From assembly GCA_020425515.1 (NCBI GenBank), contig JAGQRI010000023.1, positions 4,467 through 57,461 on the forward strand: a stretch of DNA of 52,995 nt, given 5' to 3'. The translations under genes and the position numbers were made by a program. This DNA comes from Planctomycetota bacterium. Lineage in GTDB: Bacteria > Planctomycetota > UBA8742 > UBA2392. The notes under the pieces are model-generated. The model did no database searches, was not told where the DNA came from, and saw nothing but the letters and a program-made list of their open reading frames with translations. The stretch's first letter is position 1, and each line of letters starts with the position of its first letter. Positions 44,510-52,995 of the stretch are shown here, in pieces.

Positions 44510-46222
44510 CTAGAAGAACGTGGAGATGCTCTTGAACACTTCGCGGATGTTCTCGGGTGTGCCCTTGAAGAACTTGGCGCGGGTGCGGTCTGCGATCTGG
44601 TCCAGCTTCTGGTTCTGGTCCTCGCCGGTGCTGTAGCCGATCGTGAACACGGGCACCGTGTCGCCGTTCTCGTCGGCCGAGATACGACGCAGCAGGTCGG
44701 TCAAAGTGGTTTTGCTGAGCGTGTCCTCGCCGTCCGTCAGCACCACGATGGCCGTGATCAAATTTCCCCCGGAGGCGCTCCGCGCGTATCGATGGGCTTC
44801 AAGGATTGAGTCATACAATCGCGTTCGACCTTCCGGGAACAACCCCTGGATGTCGGAGCGCAGGTCATCCCGTTTCTTGCCAACGGGCTGCCCCTTCGAC
44901 AGCCAGGACATTTCGTTGCTGAAAGTCAGCAGTGAAAACACGTCCTCGTCGTGCAGCAGCTTCAACATCTCCTGCGCGCCCAGCCGGGCGTTCGGCATGC
45001 GCTCTTCCTCCTGCATGCTGCCGGATGTGTCCAGCACGACAATCACGTTGCTGTGCTTCTTGTGCTTGTTCCAGAGTTTCAGGATGTCGTCCATCACCTC
45101 GGCGCCGGGCACCGCCAGCGTGGTCTTCGGTTCCTTGGGGTTCACGCCGTGCGCTTCGTCGATCGGCGCGGCGAGCGGCACCTGTACGTCGGCCGGGCGG
45201 AAGCCGAATTCCATGGCGCGTTCCTGCTGCGGTTTTTCGAGCAGGTAGTCGATGAAGGTCTGTGCGGCCTTGCGGTGCTCTTCGTCGTTCCAGTCCGCGT
45301 TAACAACTCCGCAAGGGTGGTCGCTCCAGAACGTGCCTTCCTTCGGGTACACCGCGACGACTTCCATGGACAGGTCGTAGTCGCCGCGAGTCGCCTCGAT
45401 CACCATGTTTTCGTACATCACGGCGGCGCTGAGATAGCTGGGCCCGTTGTTGAACATGGTCTTGCCGAAGAAGCCCGTGCTGCTGCCGTAGTGGACGACC
45501 GCTTGTTCGATCTCTTCGAGGTACGTGGCGGTTTCGGGCTTGGCGACGTCCTCGCGCGTGAGCCCGCGTGTCTTTCCGTTGGCTGCATAGACTTCGGCCA
45601 GCAGGCTGATCAATCCGCTGTTGCTGAACTCGGGGTGGGTGTGCCCGAAGCGGAACTTCCCCCACTGCGGCTTGCCGAACTTCTTCCAGCCTTCGCCGCT
45701 CTGGGCGATTTCCAGGATGTCGCCCCAGCCGATGGCTTTGTCCGGCCAGCCCATCGCCTGGGCCATCGGCTTCCACATGGCGATGATCACCGGCGACATC
45801 ACCAGGTTGTCAGCCTTCTCGACCAGGTTCTTCCCGGTTGTGGTGCGGTTTTTCGCATTGGCAAGTTCGATGAACGCGCCGCTGGCCGGGCTGACCAGAT
45901 TGGCCTTGATGCGCCCGGTGCGGACTTCCTCCATGCATTCGCCGCTGCCCATCGGCTTGAGCGTGACGTAGATGGGCTTGCCGCTGCTGCTTTCGTGACC
46001 GGCGGCGTTGAATTCGGCGGTGACGGCCTCCATCCAGTCCTGCTTTTCCGAGCCGAAGGGGAACACCAACTCGAGCGCGCCCGGGGGCGCGGCATCGGTT
46101 GTGCCTAGTGTGGTCTTAGCGGGGTTCGGGGTGGGCTCAGCTTCCTTCTGGCAGGCCGAGACAGCCAGCATCGCCAGCAGGATGATCGGCAGCAACCGCG
46201 AGAGTGGACGTGGCATTGGCAC
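44510..46222 (-). CDS. Lipoprotein with a solute-binding-like N-domain and a C-terminal von Willebrand factor A domain
   Basis: Lipobox LAVSAC. The C-terminal VIVVLDTSGSM (MIDAS DxSxS), TRLYDS and VVLTDGED are typical of VWA domains. Confidence 0.85.
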   Translation of the reverse strand: MPMPRPLSRLLPIILLAMLAVSACQKEAEPTPNPAKTTLGTTDAAPPGALELVFPFGSEKQDWMEAVTAEFNAAGHESSSGKPIYVTLKPMGSGECMEEVRTGRIKANLVSPASGAFIELANAKNRTTTGKNLVEKADNLVMSPVIIAMWKPMAQAMGWPDKAIGWGDILEIAQSGEGWKKFGKPQWGKFRFGHTHPEFSNSGLISLLAEVYAANGKTRGLTREDVAKPETATYLEEIEQAVVHYGSSTGFFGKTMFNNGPSYLSAAVMYENMVIEATRGDYDLSMEVVAVYPKEGTFWSDHPCGVVNADWNDEEHRKAAQTFIDYLLEKPQQERAMEFGFRPADVQVPLAAPIDEAHGVNPKEPKTTLAVPGAEVMDDILKLWNKHKKHSNVIVVLDTSGSMQEEERMPNARLGAQEMLKLLHDEDVFSLLTFSNEMSWLSKGQPVGKKRDDLRSDIQGLFPEGRTRLYDSILEAHRYARSASGGNLITAIVVLTDGEDTLSKTTLTDLLRRISADENGDTVPVFTIGYSTGEDQNQKLDQIADRTRAKFFKGTPENIREVFKSISTFF

Positions 46223-46353
46223 CTCCGACTAGGGCAAAGAAGGATCGCTCAAAGGACTGCACGCGGCCAATACAATGCCGCGCGCGGTTTGGAATCGAAT
46301 CTACAAGCGCGCTGGAATGTGCCGTTACCAACTTGGATCAAGAATTTATGAAG

Positions 46354-46433
46354 TTCACGTGAAGGGAATTGGTGTGACGCCGCTTCGAAGTCGCTGACAG
46401 GGGGCGAAATCTTCACGAAGGCTTTTCGTGAAG
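46354..46433. promoter_or_regulatory. Cluster of three related palindromes in a divergent intergenic region (candidate operator sites or RNA hairpin)
   Basis: TTCACGTGAA (46354-46363), CTTCGAAG (46383-46390), and CTTCACGAA-N5-TTCGTGAAG (46411-46433, a perfect 9-bp inverted repeat). Confidence 0.35.
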
Positions 46434-46497
46434 CCGCGCAGGACCTTAATCGGGATGGGGTACTTGTTTCCTGACACTCCAGAACGGAGGAAGCGAA

Positions 46498-46578
46498 ATG
46501 ACTAACGTTGCCCGCACGCTCATCGTCGCCGTCGTATCCGCCCTGCTAAGGGCCGCCCGGCGCGACGAACAAGATTGA
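46498..46578 (+). CDS. Candidate 26-codon small ORF (MTNVARTLIVAVVSALLRAARRDEQD)
   Basis: GGAGGA lies 6 nt upstream of the ATG, which is the strongest SD I saw in the window. The product has a hydrophobic core and a basic/acidic tail. It is below the ORF-track cutoff. Confidence 0.3.
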   Translation: MTNVARTLIVAVVSALLRAARRDEQD

Positions 46579-46696
46579 GTACGCGCCCGTCCCGGAGTTC
46601 AAGGCCTGCGCTTAGGGCGTGCTATGGACTCTTTTCCGCACCATGTCTGGTCCTGTCATCCGGTTCGCATCCGGTATGATGGTTTCCGAGGACCGG

Positions 46697-49258
46697 ATGA
46701 GACGTTTTTACATCAAGCGCGCGGGTTTCCTTTTGTTTGCCGCTCTGATCCTGGCGGCACTGCCGTTGGCCGATGCCGTACTGTATTCCGCGACAGCGGG
46801 TAACGTGACACGCGGACCCTACTTACAGAGTGCTTCCCAGACGGGCATCACGATAGTCTGGAACACGGATCAGGCGTTGCCCTGCAAGCTGCGTTACGGG
46901 GAATCTCCGGAGTTGCTGGACAGCGAAATCAGCGCCGGAACGGGCACCTTGCATTCGGCAGTCCTGACCGGGCTACAGCCCGACACGAAGTACTTCTATG
47001 AAGTAGAAGTCGATGGCACCGTCGTATTCACGGGCGAGGACTACTGGTTCCGCACCTATCCGCCTGTCGGCAGCGCGCGCCCGTTTACCTTCCTCTCGTG
47101 GGGCGACTCGGGTAGCGGTAATGCCTTGCAGTCGGCTGTCGCTACCCAGATGGACTCGCTAACGCCACGTCCGGAATTCGCGCTCGGTATCGGCGACCTG
47201 GTGTATCCGGCCGGCGAGCCCGCCAACTACAACCCGCGGTTCTTTGGCCCGTACCGGAACCTGATTCGCAACATGGTGATCTGGCCGGCGATGGGCAACC
47301 ATGACGCCGGCACGGCTTCAGGGCAGCCATACCTGGACGCCTTCTATCTGCCCACCGGCAGCGGCGCGGCAACACACCCGAGCAACACTGAGTTGTACTA
47401 CTCGTTCGACTTCGGGAACGCGCACTTCGTCTGTCTGGATAGCCAGGTGACGTACAACGCCGGCGCAACGGCACGCAACGCCATGATTCAGTGGCTCTCT
47501 GACGACTTGGACGCCGCCAACACTCGCGGCGCACAGTGGAAGTTCGTCTACTTCCATCACCCGCCCTACACCAAGGGCACGCATGACAGCGACACGGAAA
47601 GCCAGTTAGTCTGGATGCGCAACAACCTGAATCCGGCCATGGAGGCGCGCGGCGTCGACATGGTCTTCACGGGCCACAGCCACGTTTACGAGCGCTCGTT
47701 CCTGCTCAAGAACGATGCCGTGGTGCAAGGCAACGCGGCCGACTACACCAAGATTGCGACACCGGACGGCTGCATCTACATCGTTACAGGTTGTGGTGGT
47801 GAGAGCGGGACCGGTTCACTGAATCATCCACTGATGGCGTTCAGCAAAGGCGACATCGCCGGTAACAGCGTCATCGACGTAAGTGCGGACGTTTGCAACG
47901 GCTACTACATCCAGAGCGACGGCCAGCGTATCGATCTGTTCAGCCTGTCCAAGGCTGCAGACACCGCACGCCCGTTTGTGCGAAGCATTGTCGCGCAGAC
48001 AAACTCGCTTGATGTTGTGTTCAGCGAACCACTTGAAATCGGCGCCGGCAGCGGCGGGGCAGAGAATACAGCCAACTACGGCATCAGCGGTGGAGTCAAC
48101 GTAACCGGTGCGGTTCTCCAGGGCGACGGTCGCACAGTCCACCTCACAACTACGACCCACATCGGCGCTACCGCGTACGCACTATCAATAAGCAACGTGC
48201 AGGACCGGGCCGCAACGCCAAACGCGGTTGCCGGTGGTTTGAAGGCAGTCTACGCGCTTGGCGCAACGACCGGCGGGAACCTCGTTCCGGTGGCCGATTT
48301 CAGGACTGACGTGAGCGTGCTGAACAGCGGAGGCACGGTGCAGTTTGACGGCGCAAACGCCTATGACCCCGACGGTACGGTTGCCGGCTATGCCTGGGAC
48401 TTTGGCGACGGGGGCAGCGCAAGCGGCATCTCGGCCTCGCACAGCTATCCGGTACCCGGCGTTTACCTGGCGTCGCTGATTGCTACCGACAATGGCGGCG
48501 CGCAAGCCGTGCGACGTCGTTTGATCTATGTGCATGGTATCGGCAGCATGCCTGTTGCCATGCTGACGGCAAGTTCGACCAGCGTTGGCCCCGGGGGGAC
48601 CGTTACGTTCAATTCAACGGGCAGCAACGACCCTGACGGCGGGGCTGTCTGGACCAATTGGGATTTCGGCGACCCCGGCGCGGGCAGCTTGAATCACTCG
48701 AACCTGAGTTCGCCGACACATACGTTTTCGAATCCCGGATACTACACCGTCACGCTGACGGTGACCGACGACGAGGGTTCGCAGGCATCCGCCAGCGTAC
48801 AGATTATGGTCGGCTCGCCGTCCGCCACCCCAACGATTCAGACGACCACGTTGCCTGACGGAACCGTGGGCTCGGTCTATCAATACGCCCTGTCAGCAAA
48901 CGGAGGCATGCCTCCCTATTCGTGGTCGCTGATATCCGGCATGCCGCCGGGGGGCCTGGTGTTCGGCAGCAACGGCAAACTGACCGGGTCGCCCACTACA
49001 CCCGAAACGGCGACTTTTCAGGTGCAGGTTCAGGACTCCGGCATGCAATCGACGACGCAGACTCTGAACCTGACTGTTCATCCTCAACCGACAAGTGATG
49101 ATGCCGAGGGCAACTGCTCGACCTCCAGCCGAAGCGGGCTTTCGCTTGTCTGGGCTTTGCTCGTCGCCGGTATACTGATCATGCGGTCCGCCCCTTCAAT
49201 AAGAAGCGCCCGGCGTTTGCCGGGCGCATCGAGTGCTGGCGAGGGTGACGGGACTTGA
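46697..49258 (+). CDS. Secreted multidomain metallophosphoesterase (purple-acid-phosphatase-like) with Ig-like, two PKD and cadherin/He_PIG-like domains and a C-terminal anchor or sorting-like tail
   Basis: I prefer ATG at 46697 (GAGGA upstream), giving the signal MRRFYIKRAGFLLFAALILAALPLADA. Metallophosphoesterase motifs are GDSGSG, GDLVYPAG, GNHD, FHHPPY and GHSHVYER. PKD signatures are YDPDGTVAGYAWDFGDG and NDPDGGAVWTNWDFGDP. Confidence 0.85.
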   Translation: MRRFYIKRAGFLLFAALILAALPLADAVLYSATAGNVTRGPYLQSASQTGITIVWNTDQALPCKLRYGESPELLDSEISAGTGTLHSAVLTGLQPDTKYFYEVEVDGTVVFTGEDYWFRTYPPVGSARPFTFLSWGDSGSGNALQSAVATQMDSLTPRPEFALGIGDLVYPAGEPANYNPRFFGPYRNLIRNMVIWPAMGNHDAGTASGQPYLDAFYLPTGSGAATHPSNTELYYSFDFGNAHFVCLDSQVTYNAGATARNAMIQWLSDDLDAANTRGAQWKFVYFHHPPYTKGTHDSDTESQLVWMRNNLNPAMEARGVDMVFTGHSHVYERSFLLKNDAVVQGNAADYTKIATPDGCIYIVTGCGGESGTGSLNHPLMAFSKGDIAGNSVIDVSADVCNGYYIQSDGQRIDLFSLSKAADTARPFVRSIVAQTNSLDVVFSEPLEIGAGSGGAENTANYGISGGVNVTGAVLQGDGRTVHLTTTTHIGATAYALSISNVQDRAATPNAVAGGLKAVYALGATTGGNLVPVADFRTDVSVLNSGGTVQFDGANAYDPDGTVAGYAWDFGDGGSASGISASHSYPVPGVYLASLIATDNGGAQAVRRRLIYVHGIGSMPVAMLTASSTSVGPGGTVTFNSTGSNDPDGGAVWTNWDFGDPGAGSLNHSNLSSPTHTFSNPGYYTVTLTVTDDEGSQASASVQIMVGSPSATPTIQTTTLPDGTVGSVYQYALSANGGMPPYSWSLISGMPPGGLVFGSNGKLTGSPTTPETATFQVQVQDSGMQSTTQTLNLTVHPQPTSDDAEGNCSTSSRSGLSLVWALLVAGILIMRSAPSIRSARRLPGASSAGEGDGT
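49204..49228 (-). terminator. Intrinsic terminator of tRNA-Asp, embedded in the 3' end of the opposite-strand CDS
   Basis: gcgcccggc / gttt / gccgggcgc forms a perfect 9-bp GC stem. Read on the minus strand it is followed by ttcttatt, 8 nt downstream of the tRNA 3' end. Confidence 0.6.
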
Positions 49259-49313
49259 ACCCGCAACCTTCGGCGTGACAGGCCGACGCTCTAACCAATT
49301 GAGCTACACCCCC
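49237..49313 (-). tRNA. tRNA-Asp (anticodon GTC), CCA encoded
   Basis: Hand-folded reverse complement. Acceptor gggggtg/caccctc (one G-U), D-arm gctc-aattggtta-gagc, anticodon stem tcggc/gccga with loop ctgtcac, T-arm gcggg-ttcaagt-cccgt, then G-CCA. Confidence 0.9.
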
Positions 49314-49441
49314 TCAGGGCCTCGCGTTTGCGAGGGGCGAATAGATACCGCCTCATTCAAAACGCGTCAAGTGCCGGACGTGCTTCACTTTTCGCCCGCC
49401 GCGTGCCGATGAACGGTTGTATTTTTCGGGGCCGGCCAGCC

Positions 49442-50266
49442 ATGGAAATCCTGAAGGCAATCATCCTCGGCATCGTGCAGGGGCTTACCGAGTTTCTGCC
49501 GGTAAGTTCAAGCGGCCACCTGGTGATCCTGGGCGAAATCCTCGGGCGCGAGCTCGGCGGTGAGGGCAGCACGGCCCAAAGCGTGCTGCTGCACCTGGGC
49601 AGTTGGCTGGCCATCCTGATCGTGTTCCGGAAGGACATCCTGAAGCTGGTCTGGCCGCGCTTCGACTTTCGGGCGTTCGCCATGCTGTTCATCGCCAGTC
49701 TGCCCGCCGCGATCGTCGGGCTGACCATCAAGAAGCTGCTGCCCGACGCACAGGAGCAATGGATCGAGGCCAACGTGCTGCAGTCGCCCTGGGTGGCGTG
49801 TTGCGGGCTGATCGCTACAGCGCTGGTGCTGTGGCTGGCCGAGCGCAAGCGCCAGCTGTTCGTTAGATTTGAGACGGCGAAAGGCGTGCACTTCTGGTTG
49901 GTTGGCGTGGTGGGCATCGCGCAGATGATTGCGATCCTGCCGGGGATATCGCGTTCCGGCTCGACGATCTGCATGGCGCTGATGCTGCGCTGGGTGAAAT
50001 CGGACGCGGTGAAGCTGAGCTTCCTGATGGGCCTGATCGCCATCGGAGGCGCCGGGCTCGTCGAAGCGAAAGAGATCAGTCACATCGACCCCGCGCCGGC
50101 AATTGCGGGGTTTCTCGCCAGCCTGGTGTTCAGCCTGATCGGGCTGGCCGGAATCAAGCTGGTCGTCGAGAAAGAGAAGCTGAAATGGTTCGGCGTCTAC
50201 ACCGCGATCGCCGGTGTAGCGGCGCTGATCTACTTCGTGCTGTACCCGCCCGTCGGCCCAGCCTAA
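49442..50266 (+). CDS. uppP: Undecaprenyl-diphosphate phosphatase
   Basis: ATG at 49442 gives MEILKAIILGIVQGLTEFLPVSSSGHL. PGISRSGSTI is present, and there are about 8 TM segments. Confidence 0.95.
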   Translation: MEILKAIILGIVQGLTEFLPVSSSGHLVILGEILGRELGGEGSTAQSVLLHLGSWLAILIVFRKDILKLVWPRFDFRAFAMLFIASLPAAIVGLTIKKLLPDAQEQWIEANVLQSPWVACCGLIATALVLWLAERKRQLFVRFETAKGVHFWLVGVVGIAQMIAILPGISRSGSTICMALMLRWVKSDAVKLSFLMGLIAIGGAGLVEAKEISHIDPAPAIAGFLASLVFSLIGLAGIKLVVEKEKLKWFGVYTAIAGVAALIYFVLYPPVGPA

Positions 50267-52959
50267 CGCTTCTTCTTCCCCGCCTTCTTCTTCGGGGCTG
50301 CCTTCTTCCGGGCGGCGGGCTTCTTCTTTGGCGCGGCAGGTTTCTTTTTCGCGGGTGCTTTCTTGACGGCTTTCGTCTTCCGGGCGCTGATCTTCTTTGA
50401 AGGTTTGCGCTTGCCCGCTACGCGCGCCGTCAGCTTCTCGGTTTTCTTGATCGCCGCGGTATCCCGCTTCTTCGGCTTCTTGCCTTCCTTGTCGAGGTCT
50501 TCGATCTTGTCGAGCCGCTCTTTCAGTTTCTCGTAGCTCTCCTTCAGCTTTTCGTAGTCGTCGCGAAGTCCCTTCACTTCCTTGTTTGCACCCTGTGCGG
50601 CACGGATGGCGTCGATCGCGCCTTTCGCGCTCTTCTTCAGGCGGCTGTCGTGCGTCGTGCGGGCGAGTTTTGCCAGCGCAGGAATAGCTTTTACATCCTG
50701 CAGCGACCGCAGCCCGCTGATTGCGGAAAGGCAGGCGCGGAAGTCTTGCTCCAGACAGGGTTCGATCGTTTCGCGCGCCGTGGTTTTGTCCTTGTCCTCG
50801 GTGCTCTCGAACGCGAGCCGCCCCAGCGCGGCGATCGCTGCATAGCGCGCCTGCTGCGAGCGCCCGTAGGCGGTCCATTCGCGCAGCACTTCCAGCGCGC
50901 GCATGTCGCGCAGTTCGCAGAAGCCATTGAACACGTGGTTCCGGATCACGTCGTTGTGGCTTTCGCGACCCAGTGCCTTTTCCATCGCGTCGAACGCGGC
51001 CGGGCCGCGAGATTTGCCGAGCGCCAGCGCGGCTTCGGCGGCAACGTAGTAGCTCCGGTCCGTTTCCAGGTAGGCGCACAACTGCGCACCGGCCCTCCCG
51101 TCCTTGAACTCGCCGAGCGCTCTGGCAACGGCACGCCGCGCCTTCGGGTGGTCCAGGTCGTTTGCCAGCAGGGCTTCGAGTGCCTCAGTTGTATGCACCT
51201 TGCCCAGCGCATACGCGCACTCGGCCTGCACGCCCCAGAACTGGTCGCCCTTCAGCGCCTTTGCCAGCGCCTCGGTCGCCTTTTTTGTGGCCTTGGTACC
51301 GAGCGTGCGCGCGGCGTAGACGCGGCTCATGACGTCGCTGTCGTGCTGGAGCTGGCTGATCAGCATTTCTTCCGAGTAGTCCAGCTCGACGGTCTTGGGC
51401 ACCGCATTGCCCGGGTCGAAGCTGATCCACTTCGGCTTGCCCGGCAGCTTGATGTGATAGCGGTGCGCCGGCTTGTCGATCTCGAAGGTGCGTACCTCTT
51501 CGCCGCCCTGGTACACGAAACGGACGGAGACCGGTGTGCGGAAGATGGCCGTGAGTTCATCCTGCTTCTGCTTCTGCAGGATGCTGTATTCGAGGCTGCC
51601 GGTCTTTTCGTCCCAGCGGGCCTTGAGCTTGAAGTCGGGATGCCCCCCACCGTAGATCCACTGGCTGAAGAACCAGTCGTAGTTCTTGCCGGTGACCTCC
51701 TCAACGGCGCTGGCGAAGTCTTGCGTAATCACGCTGCCGCCGCCGTGTTTGTTCAGGTAGTGGTTGATCACTTTCCACCACAGGCGGTCGCCTAGCTGCT
51801 TGCGCAGGTGATGCAGGATCACTGCGCCCTTCTGGTAGAGGTGACGGTCGAACAGGTCCAGCGGCTCGACGTACACGTTGGTCTGGATCGCGCGCCGGTA
51901 TGCACCGCGGTCCTCAGCCAGATAAGCGCGCCAGTCGGCGTCGAGATAGTACTCGAACTCGTCATCGCCGTAGGCGTGCTCCTGCCACATCGCTTCGAAG
52001 TATGTCGCAAAACTCTCGTTCAGCCAGGCGTGCGACCAGTCCCTGCATGTCACGTAGTCACCGAACCACTGGTGCGCGAGTTCGTGGCTGTTCAGCGGGT
52101 CGCTGCTGAAATCGAGCGCCGCACGTTCATCGTGCAGGGTTAGAGCCGTCTGCAGCGTTGCCGTCGTGTTCTCCATGCCGCCGAAGATGAAATCCTCGGC
52201 CGTGATCTGCGCGTACTTGGCGTACGGGTAACGCACGCCCGTCTTCTCGCTGAAGAACTTCACCATTTCGGGTGTGCGCCCGAAACTGCGCTCGCCGTCG
52301 GCTTCGCGCCCGGGCGGCACGTAGTAGTCGACGGGGATGCCGTCCCACTCCTTGCTGATCTTTTTGTAGTCGCCGATCACAAGCATCACGAGGTAGGCCA
52401 CGTGCGGCACGTCGTGCTTCCAGTGGTGCAGCTCAAAGTCGCCCTTGTCCTCGACGTTGATTCGCGCACCGTTGCTGAGGCTGGTCATGCCCTTGGGCAC
52501 GCGCGCGATGACCTCGCTGGTGGCTTTCTCGTTTGGATAGTCGAAGCAGGGGTACCAATAGCGGCTGTCCTCATCCTGGCCCTGGGTCCAGAATTCCAGG
52601 TGCTTGTCGGGGTAGCCGCTGTCCGGCCCGACGAAGTACGCCCCGCGTCGCGGCGTAGCGTGATAGCTGACCGCGATGTCGACGGGCTCGTCAGGCGGCA
52701 GCAGCTTGCCGAAGCGCACCGTCAGGCTTTCGCCGTCGTGGTCGAAGTTCACGGGACTGCCGTTCGCGCTGACGCTCTCGATTTCCATCTCGCAGGCGTC
52801 GAGCACCAGGAAGTCGGTGTCGTCGTAGATCGGCGCGACAGTCAGCGTGGCCGTGCCGCGGATGGTCTTGTTTTCGAAGTCGGGCGCGATTTCCAGCTTG
52901 ATGTGGCGCACGTCGACCATGCGGTCGCGGCACCACTTCGGGGGCGTGCCCTTCTTCAT
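50263..52959 (-). CDS. M1-family aminopeptidase (aminopeptidase N-like) with HEAT-repeat region, coiled coil and a Lys/Ala/Pro-rich C-terminal tail
   Basis: FGGMENTT (GxMEN), HELAHQWFGD (HExxH) and WLNESFATY are present. The C-terminal HEAT-like repeats include ARRAVARALGEF. The tail is KKAPAKKKPAAPKKKPAARKKAAPKKKAGKKKR. Confidence 0.9.
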   Translation of the reverse strand: MKKGTPPKWCRDRMVDVRHIKLEIAPDFENKTIRGTATLTVAPIYDDTDFLVLDACEMEIESVSANGSPVNFDHDGESLTVRFGKLLPPDEPVDIAVSYHATPRRGAYFVGPDSGYPDKHLEFWTQGQDEDSRYWYPCFDYPNEKATSEVIARVPKGMTSLSNGARINVEDKGDFELHHWKHDVPHVAYLVMLVIGDYKKISKEWDGIPVDYYVPPGREADGERSFGRTPEMVKFFSEKTGVRYPYAKYAQITAEDFIFGGMENTTATLQTALTLHDERAALDFSSDPLNSHELAHQWFGDYVTCRDWSHAWLNESFATYFEAMWQEHAYGDDEFEYYLDADWRAYLAEDRGAYRRAIQTNVYVEPLDLFDRHLYQKGAVILHHLRKQLGDRLWWKVINHYLNKHGGGSVITQDFASAVEEVTGKNYDWFFSQWIYGGGHPDFKLKARWDEKTGSLEYSILQKQKQDELTAIFRTPVSVRFVYQGGEEVRTFEIDKPAHRYHIKLPGKPKWISFDPGNAVPKTVELDYSEEMLISQLQHDSDVMSRVYAARTLGTKATKKATEALAKALKGDQFWGVQAECAYALGKVHTTEALEALLANDLDHPKARRAVARALGEFKDGRAGAQLCAYLETDRSYYVAAEAALALGKSRGPAAFDAMEKALGRESHNDVIRNHVFNGFCELRDMRALEVLREWTAYGRSQQARYAAIAALGRLAFESTEDKDKTTARETIEPCLEQDFRACLSAISGLRSLQDVKAIPALAKLARTTHDSRLKKSAKGAIDAIRAAQGANKEVKGLRDDYEKLKESYEKLKERLDKIEDLDKEGKKPKKRDTAAIKKTEKLTARVAGKRKPSKKISARKTKAVKKAPAKKKPAAPKKKPAARKKAAPKKKAGKKKR

Positions 52960-52995
52960 GAAGGGCTTCCAGTTGTTCTTGTTGTCGGCCGCGGC

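Overview
High-GC (roughly 60-65% by eye) bacterial chromosomal window, densely coding, in alternating strand blocks. The gene content is mostly housekeeping. All calls come from reading the supplied translations and the DNA by eye; no searches were run. Content: a partial LRR protein and an orphan TPR protein; tRNA-Val; an RND efflux pair; and a roughly 10 kb run of 12 tightly packed, mostly overlapping minus-strand genes (ABC ATPase, cytochrome c, hisZ-G-D-C-B-H-A, an extra HisA-like barrel, hisF, hisIE). Then a plus-strand block: four uncharacterised genes including an FHA protein, then aroB, dprA, a homocysteine methyltransferase/MTHFR fusion, plsY and gpsA. Next come a lower-GC islet, a transketolase C-terminal subunit, an MFS transporter, aspartate aminotransferase, prephenate dehydratase and a lipoprotein/DUF1844 operon. 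The rest holds a futalosine-pathway radical SAM enzyme, a NUDIX hydrolase, YbjQ, miaA, a CarF/TMEM189-like desaturase, two paralogous solute-binding-like proteins (one with VWA), a large metallophosphoesterase-PKD surface protein, tRNA-Asp, uppP and an M1 aminopeptidase. No CRISPR array, integrase or transposase was seen. The most unusual items are: (1) HisI-HisE fused to a SpoT/Mesh1-type HD hydrolase domain; (2) an extra diverged HisA/HisF-type barrel inside the his operon, which lacks any histidinol-phosphate phosphatase; (3) a four-gene module with a charge-segregated protein ending in a ribosomal L7/L12-C-terminal-like domain, an FHA protein and a 2-TM protein with an internal duplication; (4) a lipoprotein with three tandem ExbD/TolR-like domains and no ExbB/TolQ partner; (5) a long intergenic region with related palindromes and a 26-codon ORF behind a strong Shine-Dalgarno (SD) sequence. 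Lineage cannot be determined from this window; the gene content would fit Planctomycetota-like bacteria, but that is a guess.
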